Shown here piece after piece: positions 9,746 through 19,386 of a DNA stretch of 64,000 bases; the stretch's first letter is position 1, and every line of letters begins with the position of its first letter. The position numbers and the translations under genes were made by a program. Origin of the DNA: a virus (lineage: Duplodnaviria; Caudoviricetes); the IMG/VR virus record IMGVR_UViG_2974508059_000001, positions 180,951 to 244,950 of that record; one strand, given 5' to 3'. Under the pieces are notes generated by a model that saw only the letters and a program-made list of their open reading frames with translations, was not told the DNA's origin and did no database searches.

Positions 9746-9770
9746 TTTTACGTGTCGCCGTGTCTTTATG
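9746..9770 (+). promoter_or_regulatory. Putative non-virion RNAP promoter TTTTAC-N15-TATG
   Basis: Fixed-spacing motif recurring at several intergenic sites. Confidence 0.6.
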
Positions 9771-9803
9771 TAGAACACAAACCTAATAAACACGGAGCTT
9801 TCG

Positions 9804-11294
9804 ATGGCAGGTCCAGCTAACCAAGTAGTGGGTGAGGTAATCCGCCCTCGCTTTAACGTCTATACCATCATGGACCACGCTTTAGGTGGTTACGAACGCG
9901 GTTCGGATGGTCTGTATTACCTCAATGGTGGCTTTGCACACATCATGGGCTTCTCAGGTCGTGGTAACAGCTTTAAGAGTACGTTGCTCGACTTCTGTAT
10001 CTTCCAAATAATGTTGCGCTACCGTGCAGCGTGGGGCTCTAAATACGACACCGAAGTTTCGGCGGCATTAGACCGTCTGGAAACCGGCTACCGTTCCGCC
10101 CAGCGTGCATCCGGTATCGAAGATGGCACCAGTGTGCTGTCCATGATTGACGAAGGTCGTTATAACTTCGTGGCGTCTGATATGTTGCCGGGTGAGCAGT
10201 ATTACTCCGAATACATCCGTAAAGAAATCGAGAAGCGCTTCGCCGATTACGTCAAGAAGAAAGACGTGCGTGAGTCGCCGTTCCCAGACCCGGTTCGTCG
10301 TCAGAACAAAATGATGCTCGACCCGTGGTTCTATACCATCGATTCCCTGTCTGAATTCCACACGTCTGATATCGAAGGCAAACACGCCAAGACCGACGTG
10401 GGTGATTCCGATCAGAACATCCTGAACGCCCACGACTCCCTGCAGAAATCGAACATGATGGGACGTTGGCCATCTGGTCTGGCACGCGGTCACATGTACA
10501 TGGGCTTCGTTGTGCATCTGGCCGATGACATGGGCGGAGCCATGAAGAACGGCGGTAAGCCGTCTGCGGATAAACTGCTGGACGATATCTCCGGCGAGTT
10601 GAAATTCTCGAACGTTCCACGTCGTGCGATTTCCTTCTTAACGAACAGCCTGATTGTTGCCACCAAAACCGGTGAGCTGAAAGCAGACAGTTCGTACGAT
10701 GCGAAAACCGCGACCAACGAACCGATGTACCCAACGGCCCGTAGCCGTACCATGAACTCGTCAGCCAATGACTTGAAACTGGTTCGCTACACGCAGTTCC
10801 GTGCCAAGGGTGGTCCAACCGGTGTTAAGTTTGAGCTTATCTTCTCGCAGTCGCTGGGCTTCTTCTATCACTTATCCCTGTGGCATTACATCTCTAAAAC
10901 GCTGAGCACCGACTACGGTTACACCCGTACAGGCGCTAACTATGAGCTCCACATCTTACCGGGTGTTAAGTTCATGCGTACCACGATTCGCGACATGATT
11001 GATGAGAACCCGCGTCTGCGTCGTGCGTTAGAGATTACTGCGGCCATGGCTTACATGCGTAACAACTTCCACACGCTGGAACTGAAGTACGCTGATGTGA
11101 CGCCTGACCTGTTGTACAAAGCCATTGCTGATAAAGGATGGGACTGGGACGAAATCATGGACAAGACAGTGGAATTCTGGATGTTCAAAGACCAAGAAGA
11201 GAAGGGCGGGAAACGCACGCTGACAGCTATGTCCTTACTGGCCATGGCAGTTGATGATGATTGTGTTCCTAAATTCCTGACTCGCAAAAAGTAA
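9804..11294 (+). CDS. uvsX: UvsX/RecA-like recombinase (phiKZ gp152-like)
   Basis: Walker A GRGNSFKST, YDTE, Walker B YTIDSLSE; adjacent to the vRNAP beta-C gene. Confidence 0.85.
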   Translation: MAGPANQVVGEVIRPRFNVYTIMDHALGGYERGSDGLYYLNGGFAHIMGFSGRGNSFKSTLLDFCIFQIMLRYRAAWGSKYDTEVSAALDRLETGYRSAQRASGIEDGTSVLSMIDEGRYNFVASDMLPGEQYYSEYIRKEIEKRFADYVKKKDVRESPFPDPVRRQNKMMLDPWFYTIDSLSEFHTSDIEGKHAKTDVGDSDQNILNAHDSLQKSNMMGRWPSGLARGHMYMGFVVHLADDMGGAMKNGGKPSADKLLDDISGELKFSNVPRRAISFLTNSLIVATKTGELKADSSYDAKTATNEPMYPTARSRTMNSSANDLKLVRYTQFRAKGGPTGVKFELIFSQSLGFFYHLSLWHYISKTLSTDYGYTRTGANYELHILPGVKFMRTTIRDMIDENPRLRRALEITAAMAYMRNNFHTLELKYADVTPDLLYKAIADKGWDWDEIMDKTVEFWMFKDQEEKGGKRTLTAMSLLAMAVDDDCVPKFLTRKK

Positions 11295-11337
11295 CCCTAC
11301 GCGGGGTGGCGTGTACCACCCCGTATTGGAGGAAACG

Positions 11338-11634
11338 ATGCAGTATCAACGAGTCATTATTCAGCGCCTTGAACAGGGCTTGCGTGGCATTGATCCGAAT
11401 GCTGCCGATGCTCTGGTTGCGCACTTTGCCGCACCTGCGGAATCACTCGGGACATTTTGTCCTCAGGTGGTTTCCTTTTACCAGAACTTACTGCGCGAAC
11501 GTGGTATCCCGGATGTCTGGGGTTATCCGTCTGTGCCTGAAAACAACGAAGCCATCGCGTATTGGATTGAGGACTTAGAGAATACCGCTCTGCCTCACTT
11601 GCGTGTTGCCCGTCAGTTTCAAACTGCGTCATGA
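11338..11634 (+). CDS. Hypothetical protein
   Basis: GGAGG SD before ATG 11338, preceded by a hairpin at 11298-11325. Confidence 0.7.
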   Translation: MQYQRVIIQRLEQGLRGIDPNAADALVAHFAAPAESLGTFCPQVVSFYQNLLRERGIPDVWGYPSVPENNEAIAYWIEDLENTALPHLRVARQFQTAS

Positions 11635-12302
11635 AGCTCAACCCAGTACGTCGCAAGGCGGCGGAGAAATTCATACTGGAATTGCTGAACCTGATTGACA
11701 CCTCCGGCATCAATGCCAATGCCATGGCGAAAGCCTTTACGCGCATGACCGATGAAGAGTTTGCCACCATTCCGACCAAGGGTATCCCGATTTACAACCC
11801 GGCCGGTAGCAAAGTTCAAATCGACCACATGCGAAACGTAGAGATTGCCAAAGCGTTGGGCTTGGACATGAACCAGCGTATGTGGTTCACCGACTCCAAA
11901 ACCGGGCTTAAGCACCGTACTCGACACCCTCACCTTTATTTCCCCGTGCCTGCTCGTCGTCAGACGCAGATGCAGGAGAAGAAGATGGCGGTGGCGAAGA
12001 ACGACAAAGTGCGTGACAAGCTTTCCGGTCAGGTGGTCGGCCCATCTAAAGCCTCTGGGGTCTCTTTCCCCGAAGCGTACGTGATGTTTGCCGATGGTCT
12101 TGATGAGACCCTGCAAGAGTTCCTGCACGCGCGCGGTGGTAACGATGCACTTCAACGTGCGTTCTACCAATCTATTCGCCAAACCGGCCAAGGTCGTATC
12201 CACATTGAAGGGGCTGAGCGTACGAGTGCGAAGAGCACCCGAACGTGGAGTGCCTACTACAAACAGATGCACATTGGCAACAACCTCGGACGACCCCAAT
12301 GA
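11631..12302 (+). CDS. rpoB: Virion RNA polymerase beta subunit, C-terminal part (phiKZ gp149-like)
   Basis: RRQTQMQEKK, LSGQVVG and VSFPEAYVM....LDETLQEFL..RGG align with the C-terminal motifs of RpoB. Confidence 0.8.
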   Translation: MKLNPVRRKAAEKFILELLNLIDTSGINANAMAKAFTRMTDEEFATIPTKGIPIYNPAGSKVQIDHMRNVEIAKALGLDMNQRMWFTDSKTGLKHRTRHPHLYFPVPARRQTQMQEKKMAVAKNDKVRDKLSGQVVGPSKASGVSFPEAYVMFADGLDETLQEFLHARGGNDALQRAFYQSIRQTGQGRIHIEGAERTSAKSTRTWSAYYKQMHIGNNLGRPQ

Positions 12303-13027
12303 AATTAACTCGCCGCATCTTAGCGGACATTGATGTGTTCTTTGATACACGACTGGGACATGTCAAGGCCACTCAGCCTGAAAAGCTCGCGCTCTTGGAT
12401 GAGCAAGCTTACGTGAAGCGTTTTACGGAAGCATGGGCGGCGGTTATTGGTATTGAAGACTGGGCAACCTCGTACCGGTCACGAACTAAAGCGGCTTTGA
12501 TGAATGCAGAGCCGACGCCTTTGTTACATGTAATGAAGGATTACATCGAGCGGGAGCTGTTGACGATTGCACTCTCCTCGCCGATAGAGAAACCTGAACT
12601 CACGATTAACCTTTGGCCGTACACGGACTTAACCGAGAGCGAACGTCAAGCGTTCTTGGACATGTTCCGTAAGTTCTACAGCAGCGTCAAAGTCACACTC
12701 GTGTGCGAAAGCTATACGCGCCTAACACCAGGGCGTTTACGTGCGGCATGGGATGCGTGGTATACGTACGATTGGTTCTTGTGGATTCGACAGAACGTTA
12801 GTGAATTCCAGACCTCGCGTATTCCGGATTTCGTGATTAACCGTCCGAGCCTCTTAACCGATGAGCTCACCGAAGAGACGGTAGCCACAATAAAAAAAGA
12901 CCGAGCCAACCCCTTTGTGGAGTCGACCCGGTTTATGGCGGAATACGTCACGTTAGACGTATTTGATACAGCGCTGTTTAGTCGTCGTCCTCATCAATTG
13001 GACGCTGAGAAAACGCCGTCCGCATGA
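12299..13027 (+). CDS. Hypothetical protein
   Basis: ATGA overlap with the upstream gene; ILADIDVFFDTRLG N-terminus. Confidence 0.75.
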   Translation: MKLTRRILADIDVFFDTRLGHVKATQPEKLALLDEQAYVKRFTEAWAAVIGIEDWATSYRSRTKAALMNAEPTPLLHVMKDYIERELLTIALSSPIEKPELTINLWPYTDLTESERQAFLDMFRKFYSSVKVTLVCESYTRLTPGRLRAAWDAWYTYDWFLWIRQNVSEFQTSRIPDFVINRPSLLTDELTEETVATIKKDRANPFVESTRFMAEYVTLDVFDTALFSRRPHQLDAEKTPSA

Positions 13028-13451
13028 TTGCCTCGACGTCCACTTGTGAGCCGACCGGTGACAGTTCTCCGTCTTTGTGTGCCACACTTGGCAGCACAGG
13101 GATTACAGGACGGTAACCGGTATCGCCGCCGGGGGCGTCGTGGCGCTGTATTTTTGCACCTGCTTTACCTGTGACCCACTGGTTCAGGGTGTTCGCCACA
13201 TCGCTGCTGATTTCGTTGGCCTTCTGTGCTGTGGCAATACGGCGCATGGTCAGGATTTGTTTGTCCATCCCGTCCGCCAATTTTGCCAGCGAGTTGACCG
13301 CCTTGGGATCAGTACCCAAGTCTTTGATGTTCATTACCTGATTCAACGCAAACATACGCGCCAGTTGTGTAAAGCGGAGCGCATCGTCCTCGTTAGTAAT
13401 GTCACCATTAAAGCCGACAATCACCTCGGCAGGGGTTTCTTCTCCGCTCAT
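12978..13451 (-). CDS. Hypothetical protein
   Basis: GAGGT SD before ATG 13451; 3' end overlaps the convergent gene. Confidence 0.7.
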   Translation of the reverse strand: MSGEETPAEVIVGFNGDITNEDDALRFTQLARMFALNQVMNIKDLGTDPKAVNSLAKLADGMDKQILTMRRIATAQKANEISSDVANTLNQWVTGKAGAKIQRHDAPGGDTGYRPVIPVLPSVAHKDGELSPVGSQVDVEAIMRTAFSQRPIDEDDD

Positions 13452-13476
13452 CGCGTACCTCTTCAATCAGGTTTCA

Positions 13477-13496
13477 GATAGATGTTATCAAAGTGA
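13477..13496 (+). promoter_or_regulatory. Putative early promoter GATAGATGTTAT-N4-GTGA
   Basis: Variant copy of the five-copy motif. Confidence 0.65.
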
Positions 13497-13538
13497 GATA
13501 TATCACACTGAGGTAATTATGTTTTAGGAAAATTGACC

Positions 13539-14063
13539 ATGTTAAACTGGCTTTCGCGTGTTATTAAATCAAAGGCTTTTAAACGCCGCAGAAGCATGTT
13601 AGAGGCCGAGTACCATAAGAATACCCCTAACAGGCTGAACCGGGTACTGATAGGCTTAGAATTGCTTACAGCCCCGCTTGAGTATAATGGCAATGCGTAC
13701 CTGCCGCTGTCGCTGCAAGGTACCCTTGACATGCGTACTCAAACCATGGACATCCTCACGGCCCGCCTTGAGTTCTTGTACATGGAGTATAACCGTGTGT
13801 TGGCGTCACCGGGTTCGTACCCGGAATGGTCTACCCTGCCGTCGAGCTTGTCAAAGAAACTTGACACCGATGAACAGAAATGGCTCGATGATTATTTTCA
13901 GACAGCACGTGAAGACGTGGTGCGTGAGAAACTCATTCGGCCGTGGGTAATCCTCACCTCGTTCAAAGAGAATGAAAGTGAGAGCCCAGAACGGGATGTG
14001 TTTTTGAACCAAACATCACACATCCTGCGCGAGTTAGAAACCATAGTGGAACACTATCTCTAA
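13539..14063 (+). CDS. Hypothetical protein
   Basis: AGGA SD; 174-aa ORF. Confidence 0.75.
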   Translation: MLNWLSRVIKSKAFKRRRSMLEAEYHKNTPNRLNRVLIGLELLTAPLEYNGNAYLPLSLQGTLDMRTQTMDILTARLEFLYMEYNRVLASPGSYPEWSTLPSSLSKKLDTDEQKWLDDYFQTAREDVVREKLIRPWVILTSFKENESESPERDVFLNQTSHILRELETIVEHYL

Positions 14064-14097
14064 CTTAATCCATCCGCTCCTTGGAACAAGGTGTAAA

Positions 14098-14925
14098 ATG
14101 GGAAAGATATCAGACTTTATCCTTAACGGGCCACCGGAAGATACCCCTGCGGGTGTTGAGCTTCGGTCGGCTTACTGGAAGCTTGTTAACCTTATGCCGA
14201 TATCCCATTCGGACTGGAAGATACTCGCACAGCAATACGTCGAGAGTCCCCAGTACGTTGGGAAGTCAACCGCTGAACCCCGCGAACGTTTAGGTCGACT
14301 GGCGAATGCCTTGTCGGGCGGTAACGTCAAAGGGCTGAGTGTTGACTTTACGTGGAAACGTTTCATCGAAGGCTTGGTGCTGGTTAATGTGGAAACACTG
14401 ACCATGTCCATCAAAACCTACCGGGGACGTTTCGAAGACGCACGACTGGCCAAAGGTTACTGTCATCCGCAACGTGACTTATTACGCACTCTTAACGGTG
14501 AAGATGATGAGGACTTGCGAGGCAGCGCTTCTGATGCGTTGAACCTTTACTTTCAGAACACGCAACAGACCGCTGAGCAGGTCATGGAGCATATTCTGTT
14601 AAAGGTCTTGTGGTCGTTGTTTGCGGCGTATGGTATCACGGAGTCGCAGTGGCGACAGCTCGTGGCCAAGTACGTGAACAACCCACAGAACTGTCCACAG
14701 ATTACCAGCCGACGAAGTGACCGTCGGCATAACCTGCAACAGTCTATTCGCCACACCAAGAAGCTCAGCTGGAAACGTTTCTTAGAAGCGCTGAAAGCTA
14801 TCGATGTGCGGAAGTTCGAATGCACATTCTTAACCCACGTGCCGGGACAACCGGATGTGGAAGTTTACTTCGAGGTTGACATCACCACACTGTCTTTCAG
14901 GAGTAATAAGAATGAACCCGAGTGA
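14098..14925 (+). CDS. Hypothetical protein with internal two-domain duplication
   Basis: W.......I....W..L...YV..PQ....WKRF.E.L occurs twice. Confidence 0.8.
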   Translation: MGKISDFILNGPPEDTPAGVELRSAYWKLVNLMPISHSDWKILAQQYVESPQYVGKSTAEPRERLGRLANALSGGNVKGLSVDFTWKRFIEGLVLVNVETLTMSIKTYRGRFEDARLAKGYCHPQRDLLRTLNGEDDEDLRGSASDALNLYFQNTQQTAEQVMEHILLKVLWSLFAAYGITESQWRQLVAKYVNNPQNCPQITSRRSDRRHNLQQSIRHTKKLSWKRFLEALKAIDVRKFECTFLTHVPGQPDVEVYFEVDITTLSFRSNKNEPE

Positions 14926-16252
14926 TTCGAGTTTAACGGGGCGGATCTCCAAAGTGCAATCCGCCGCCACCGATCGTGTCAATCAGGTGGGCAACGCTGC
15001 GGACCGTGTGCAGCAAGGTGCTCAGCAGGCGGTCTCCCGCGTCACCAATACCGTTGACAGTGCCGAACGTGGCATTAAGAATGCGGCCGACACAGCGACT
15101 GGACTTTATGACAAAGCAGGCGAAACGTTTAATAAACTCAGCGATGGGGCATCGACACTGGGGTCGAAAATCGGCAATCTCTTTGGCGGTGGGGACATCG
15201 CTAGCACTGGCGGGACTAAGACCGCCGGGTCTGGACCCAGTGGTGCATCTCCGGGAAATAAAATCCCCGGATTCGCATCTGACCCGAAGAAAGTCCTCCC
15301 CAGTATTGACCCGTTAAAGCGTGAAGTCGAAAAGCCGTTTGAGGCGGCGAATAGCCAGGCGAAGAGTGCTCTGGATTACCTTAAGCCCAGCAAAATCTCC
15401 AGCTTGCTTGGCGAAGGCTTTAGCACCCTTACCACCTTGCGTGATAAAGGATTGGCGGCAGTCGGCACCGACTACGCGTCAGTGAAATCCCGCATTGAAC
15501 AAACCATGAACATGGCCGGTCAAATCTCACGTCTCCCCGGAGAAGTGCAGCAAGAGATTAACGGCTACGTGAGTGATTTCAATCAGGCGAAGTATCAGGT
15601 GCAGTCCGTTGTCGATGGTGCCAAGCAGACGTTCAACTCCTACAAGGACTTGGATGACTATCTGGCGATTGACAACTTCATCAACAGCTTCAAAAGCTCG
15701 AGCTCAGATTCCGGCTACGGGGGTTCGTATTCCGTACGGGACGTGGGCACGACCACGGCCTTGGTGTATGGCTTGTCCAGTAAACTGGCGACCTACAACT
15801 TGCCACAGAAGATCACCCCAATGGTTGAGTCCATTGCAGACCCTGCGATTCAGGCACAGATGTACCGTGAGTTAACGGTGCAATCCTCAGCCTTGGGCAG
15901 TCTGACCTCGGTGGAATTCTACGTCTCGAAACTCACCGAGAGTGACAAGGCGTTGATTTCTGCAGAAGTGATTGTGAACCTGTTGATGAATCTACAGACA
16001 GAAACCAACCCACCGTTTAAGAGTTACGGTACCCGGTTGCTGTCCCTATTCACCGCATTGGATAGTCGCTGGGATAAATCTGATGTGGTTGGCCAAACGG
16101 ATTCGATTGAGCTCTACCCGTACACCTTCTGTAACGTGAATGCTATTCAGTCGTTGTTGACCACTGAGAAGCGTCCGTTTGTGTGTGCAGCCGGTGACCT
16201 CAGTTACCAACGTGCCGACACATTAGTTAACCGCTTCTTTCCTGTCTTTTAG
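14912..16252 (+). CDS. Putative virion structural protein
   Basis: AGGAG SD; low-complexity A/S/G/T-rich helical N-terminus. Confidence 0.65.
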   Translation: MNPSDSSLTGRISKVQSAATDRVNQVGNAADRVQQGAQQAVSRVTNTVDSAERGIKNAADTATGLYDKAGETFNKLSDGASTLGSKIGNLFGGGDIASTGGTKTAGSGPSGASPGNKIPGFASDPKKVLPSIDPLKREVEKPFEAANSQAKSALDYLKPSKISSLLGEGFSTLTTLRDKGLAAVGTDYASVKSRIEQTMNMAGQISRLPGEVQQEINGYVSDFNQAKYQVQSVVDGAKQTFNSYKDLDDYLAIDNFINSFKSSSSDSGYGGSYSVRDVGTTTALVYGLSSKLATYNLPQKITPMVESIADPAIQAQMYRELTVQSSALGSLTSVEFYVSKLTESDKALISAEVIVNLLMNLQTETNPPFKSYGTRLLSLFTALDSRWDKSDVVGQTDSIELYPYTFCNVNAIQSLLTTEKRPFVCAAGDLSYQRADTLVNRFFPVF

Positions 16253-16261
16253 GATACGTAG

Positions 16262-17302
16262 ATGACCAAACCTGTAGACTTCGACGACCCTCAGGCAAAA
16301 GCTGTACTGCGTGACCTCATCCTTGAGATAAGCGCGATGCAGAACCTGACCGGGGACGATAGTGTGCCGCGGTTGCTGAAACGGTTATACCACGATCAGC
16401 TCTGCGGTGTAAATCCAGCGGTTTTCGATACCAGCCTGCATGTGGCGGAACGCATCGGGGCGTACCTGATTGGTGCGAACGACGTCCGCTTTGGGGTGGC
16501 CATGGCAAACCGCTACGGCTTTATGTTAGGGCCGGAAGCTGCACACCGTTATGACGTAATGAAATTCCCGGGCGATATTCGTCTGGACTTAATCGGTGAG
16601 GTGCGGGATGACTTTATTCGTTACCTGCGCAACATCGGGGGCGTCCCTAAGAACACCGCCATTACGGTACCCATGGATGGGGTGAATCACCTCAACATCT
16701 ATTCACGCAGTCGGGTGGTGCTGGGTCGCAAAATCAGTAACTTCTGGCAAGACGAACAACCCTTTCGCACGCAGCACGGGGAGTTCGCTACCCTCGAAGG
16801 GTATTACCACGTACTGCGGTTGATTGACTACGCCTACACTCAGCACGACCTTGCGTACAGCGTTGAGAGTGACATGTATCTCTTGGACGTCTTGATTCGC
16901 CGCTACCCGGGCATCCATCGACTCATCCACATGGACGGGTTGGAAGCCATTGCGTACGGTCGCAAGATAAAGTCGGAAGTGTATGGCGGCACCGCGTATA
17001 AACCGGGGGCGTTCTCACCCCACATCGAACGTTGCTTTGTTTGGGCCATGGCGGGTAAGTTCCATCAGGTCAAAATGGGCGACGGGACACCGTGTGGTGT
17101 GCGGGTTGCTGAATTGGTTCACGCCCACGTACCGCTGCTGCACTATTATGTGAAACACGACGGCCCTAAAACGCCGGCGTTTGCAGAATGGTTGCCAAAC
17201 ATCTGCCAATGGTTAGGGGAAAATATCGACCCGTTCGATAACGACTTTGACGTGGCGGCTTTACAGCAGAAGGTACTGAGCGAATATGAGCCGATTGGGT
17301 AA
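16262..17302 (+). CDS. Protein with C-terminal NADAR (T4 gp30.3-like) domain
   Basis: NHLNIYS.....LGRKISNF....PF....GEFATLEGYYH matches the NADAR LSNF/PF/F.S.E pattern. Confidence 0.55.
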   Translation: MTKPVDFDDPQAKAVLRDLILEISAMQNLTGDDSVPRLLKRLYHDQLCGVNPAVFDTSLHVAERIGAYLIGANDVRFGVAMANRYGFMLGPEAAHRYDVMKFPGDIRLDLIGEVRDDFIRYLRNIGGVPKNTAITVPMDGVNHLNIYSRSRVVLGRKISNFWQDEQPFRTQHGEFATLEGYYHVLRLIDYAYTQHDLAYSVESDMYLLDVLIRRYPGIHRLIHMDGLEAIAYGRKIKSEVYGGTAYKPGAFSPHIERCFVWAMAGKFHQVKMGDGTPCGVRVAELVHAHVPLLHYYVKHDGPKTPAFAEWLPNICQWLGENIDPFDNDFDVAALQQKVLSEYEPIG

Positions 17303-17948
17303 TATCCTTGCCGGGATGGAGCGTGACAAAGAGGAGGGCATTCTCAAGGTCGCGCGTGAATCCGTCTCGGTTGAAAAGGAGCGGGAGTATTGCATGTGGG
17401 TGCGTCCAACCGAAGAAGGTTGGGCGTGGTTACAAGCACAAGCAGGTGAGTATCACCTTGACGTGATGATGCCTATGTTGGGGGGTCGTCGTCGGGTTCG
17501 TGTCCATGCGGACAAAGCGGAACTGACGGTGAAGACTTTCCAAGGGCAGGAGCGCGAAGAGGAGAACTCTGACATCGGGATGAAAAGCGCACTGTCGTTT
17601 TACGGGGATGAATTTTTAACCCACCTCGTGAAGCGCGTGACAATTGACCCAACCGATGAGGTCAAAGCCAGCGGCGGTAAACATTGGGACATTGATGTCT
17701 TCTACGTGAGCCAAGGCCATCCTGAAATCCCCGACGTGGACGCACTGAAAGCCCTGTTCGAGACAGTGGCCCAAGGCACCTCGTTCGGTGACTGGGTGAA
17801 AGTTGAACTCGAGGTTGAGCGGTTTGAAATGGAAAGCATCGCGGACGTTATCCCGTTTGCAGTTGCTGAGGCAGTACCGTCCAAGCCGTCTTCGCCCGAC
17901 CTTCAGGAGTTCTTGAGGAACTACTGGGACAACGAAACCCGGCTTTAA
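17286..17948 (+). CDS. CYTH-like (triphosphate tunnel metalloenzyme) protein, possibly head-packaged
   Basis: EKEREY, RRRVRV, LTVK, EEEN, WDIDVF and VELEVE occur in CYTH order; N-terminal VARE-S site. Confidence 0.65.
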   Translation: MSRLGNILAGMERDKEEGILKVARESVSVEKEREYCMWVRPTEEGWAWLQAQAGEYHLDVMMPMLGGRRRVRVHADKAELTVKTFQGQEREEENSDIGMKSALSFYGDEFLTHLVKRVTIDPTDEVKASGGKHWDIDVFYVSQGHPEIPDVDALKALFETVAQGTSFGDWVKVELEVERFEMESIADVIPFAVAEAVPSKPSSPDLQEFLRNYWDNETRL

Positions 17949-17951
17949 GAT

Positions 17952-17985
17952 AGTCCCCTACTTCGGTAGGGGATTCTTTATTTTA
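17952..17985 (+). terminator. Rho-independent terminator (UUCG loop)
   Basis: TCCCCTAC-TTCG-GTAGGGGA plus T-tract; the 21-mer is identical to 45882-45902. Confidence 0.85.
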
Positions 17986-18006
17986 TTCACACCAAGGAAA
18001 ACCCCC

Positions 18007-18312
18007 ATGAAAGTTGAAGTGCATGCAACCAAGAATGGTATTGAAGTCGTGTGTCCGACGTCCCGCAAGAACGTCTTTGTGGCCATCGACAGCAGCTGGA
18101 CAAGCTGGTACAAAGAACTCCAGTCGGAGCTGAATTGTGCTAAGACTCACCACGCGGTTTTTATGCTCCCCGAACGCACCCAGTTGCGGGTTATGGTCTA
18201 TATTGCCAAAGACCGGATACCGCGGGTCTCCACCACACTCCTCGCCAACGCAGTCGGTATGTTTCTGGCCGAGCACGGCGACGAGAATACCCGGCTTACC
18301 ATTATCGAGTAA
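18007..18312 (+). CDS. Hypothetical protein
   Basis: AAGGA SD; flanked by terminators. Confidence 0.7.
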   Translation: MKVEVHATKNGIEVVCPTSRKNVFVAIDSSWTSWYKELQSELNCAKTHHAVFMLPERTQLRVMVYIAKDRIPRVSTTLLANAVGMFLAEHGDENTRLTIIE

Positions 18313-18317
18313 AAGAC

Positions 18318-18349
18318 AGGCCGCCGTAGGGTGGCCTTCTTTTTTTTTA
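18318..18349 (+). terminator. Rho-independent terminator
   Basis: AGGCCGCC-GTAG-GGTGGCCT plus long T-tract. Confidence 0.8.
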
Positions 18350-18350
18350 T

Positions 18351-18375
18351 TTTTACAAGTGAGACCTCTGTTATG
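18351..18375 (+). promoter_or_regulatory. Putative promoter TTTTAC-N15-TATG
   Basis: Exact spacing match to the other copies. Confidence 0.6.
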
Positions 18376-18409
18376 TCGAAATTCCCCATTTTAAGTAACG
18401 GACGTTATA

Positions 18410-18811
18410 ATGAATAAGATTGAATACAAAGACGGCGAAGGTGCCTTCATTAACGGCGTATTGATTCCGAACTCCCACAACGGGCATTGGAAAGACGCAG
18501 CATTTGCTCTGGCCACCGGTTTCAACATGACCATCACCAACGAGCTGTCTCTGAACAATTCGCTGGATGCCATCACCAAGGGCGGTTGTTTTCGTATCAA
18601 CGCAGAAGCGGCGGGTGCGCTGTTACAGAATGCGGACTTCACCAGCGGCATGTACGCCTACCGTCAGTTGGGTATTCTGCGTACCCTGTCTGGTAAGCAT
18701 ATCGGGCAAGGGCATCCGCCATCCACTTTCAAGCCGAACTCCATTGTCCTGGTCAGCTACTTCAGTGACCGCGAAGAGATGTTGGGCTTCAATGTTATCT
18801 GGGGTATCTGA
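18410..18811 (+). CDS. Hypothetical protein
   Basis: 133-aa ORF coupled to the next gene (TGATG). Confidence 0.7.
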   Translation: MNKIEYKDGEGAFINGVLIPNSHNGHWKDAAFALATGFNMTITNELSLNNSLDAITKGGCFRINAEAAGALLQNADFTSGMYAYRQLGILRTLSGKHIGQGHPPSTFKPNSIVLVSYFSDREEMLGFNVIWGI

Positions 18812-19386
18812 TGACTGACTTTAATCCCGTAGCCGTTGTTCGCCAAGTCGAACAGTGGAACGACCGTGCCTTGGTTTACCAGTTCGGTAACATCCGTCAA
18901 CAAATCACCAAATACTACCGCATGTTGGGCATGGTTGCGGAAGGTGTGCAGAAGATGGACAGTCTGTTGGTCTCAGCGGGCGTAGGACAGGCTGTAACGA
19001 CGTTAATAGGTGTCCTCGGGTTCTACTCGCGTAAAACGGACATCCCCGTAGAAGCCGTTACAGAGGTCGTGCTGCACTCTGCCCTGAATAACATCCCACC
19101 GGGCATGAAATACGGCAACGACTATAACACGATTCTGTTTGAGCACAACAAGGCTATCACCCAGTTGTTCGATGCCCTGCTGGCCAACGAGCAGGAGAAG
19201 CAGCGTCAGGACATCGTGTTCTACTCCAAGCTTGCAGAAGCACTGGCGTTGTTGCTGTCGATTGCCACCGCCAAAGACATCATCGTGACCCGCAGCATTC
19301 TGAATGCGGTGAATAAACTCGAAGCGACTGAGGGCGTGATGAACGAACTCGGTCAGTTTGTCAAAACAGTGACAGGAAACAAATAA
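18811..19386 (+). CDS. Degenerate MazG-like NTP pyrophosphatase paralog (catalytic acids lost)
   Basis: Aligns end-to-end by eye with the MazG domain of 21588-22970, but EExxE...DxxxD is replaced by RMxxM...AxxxQ. Confidence 0.65.
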   Translation: MTDFNPVAVVRQVEQWNDRALVYQFGNIRQQITKYYRMLGMVAEGVQKMDSLLVSAGVGQAVTTLIGVLGFYSRKTDIPVEAVTEVVLHSALNNIPPGMKYGNDYNTILFEHNKAITQLFDALLANEQEKQRQDIVFYSKLAEALALLLSIATAKDIIVTRSILNAVNKLEATEGVMNELGQFVKTVTGNK

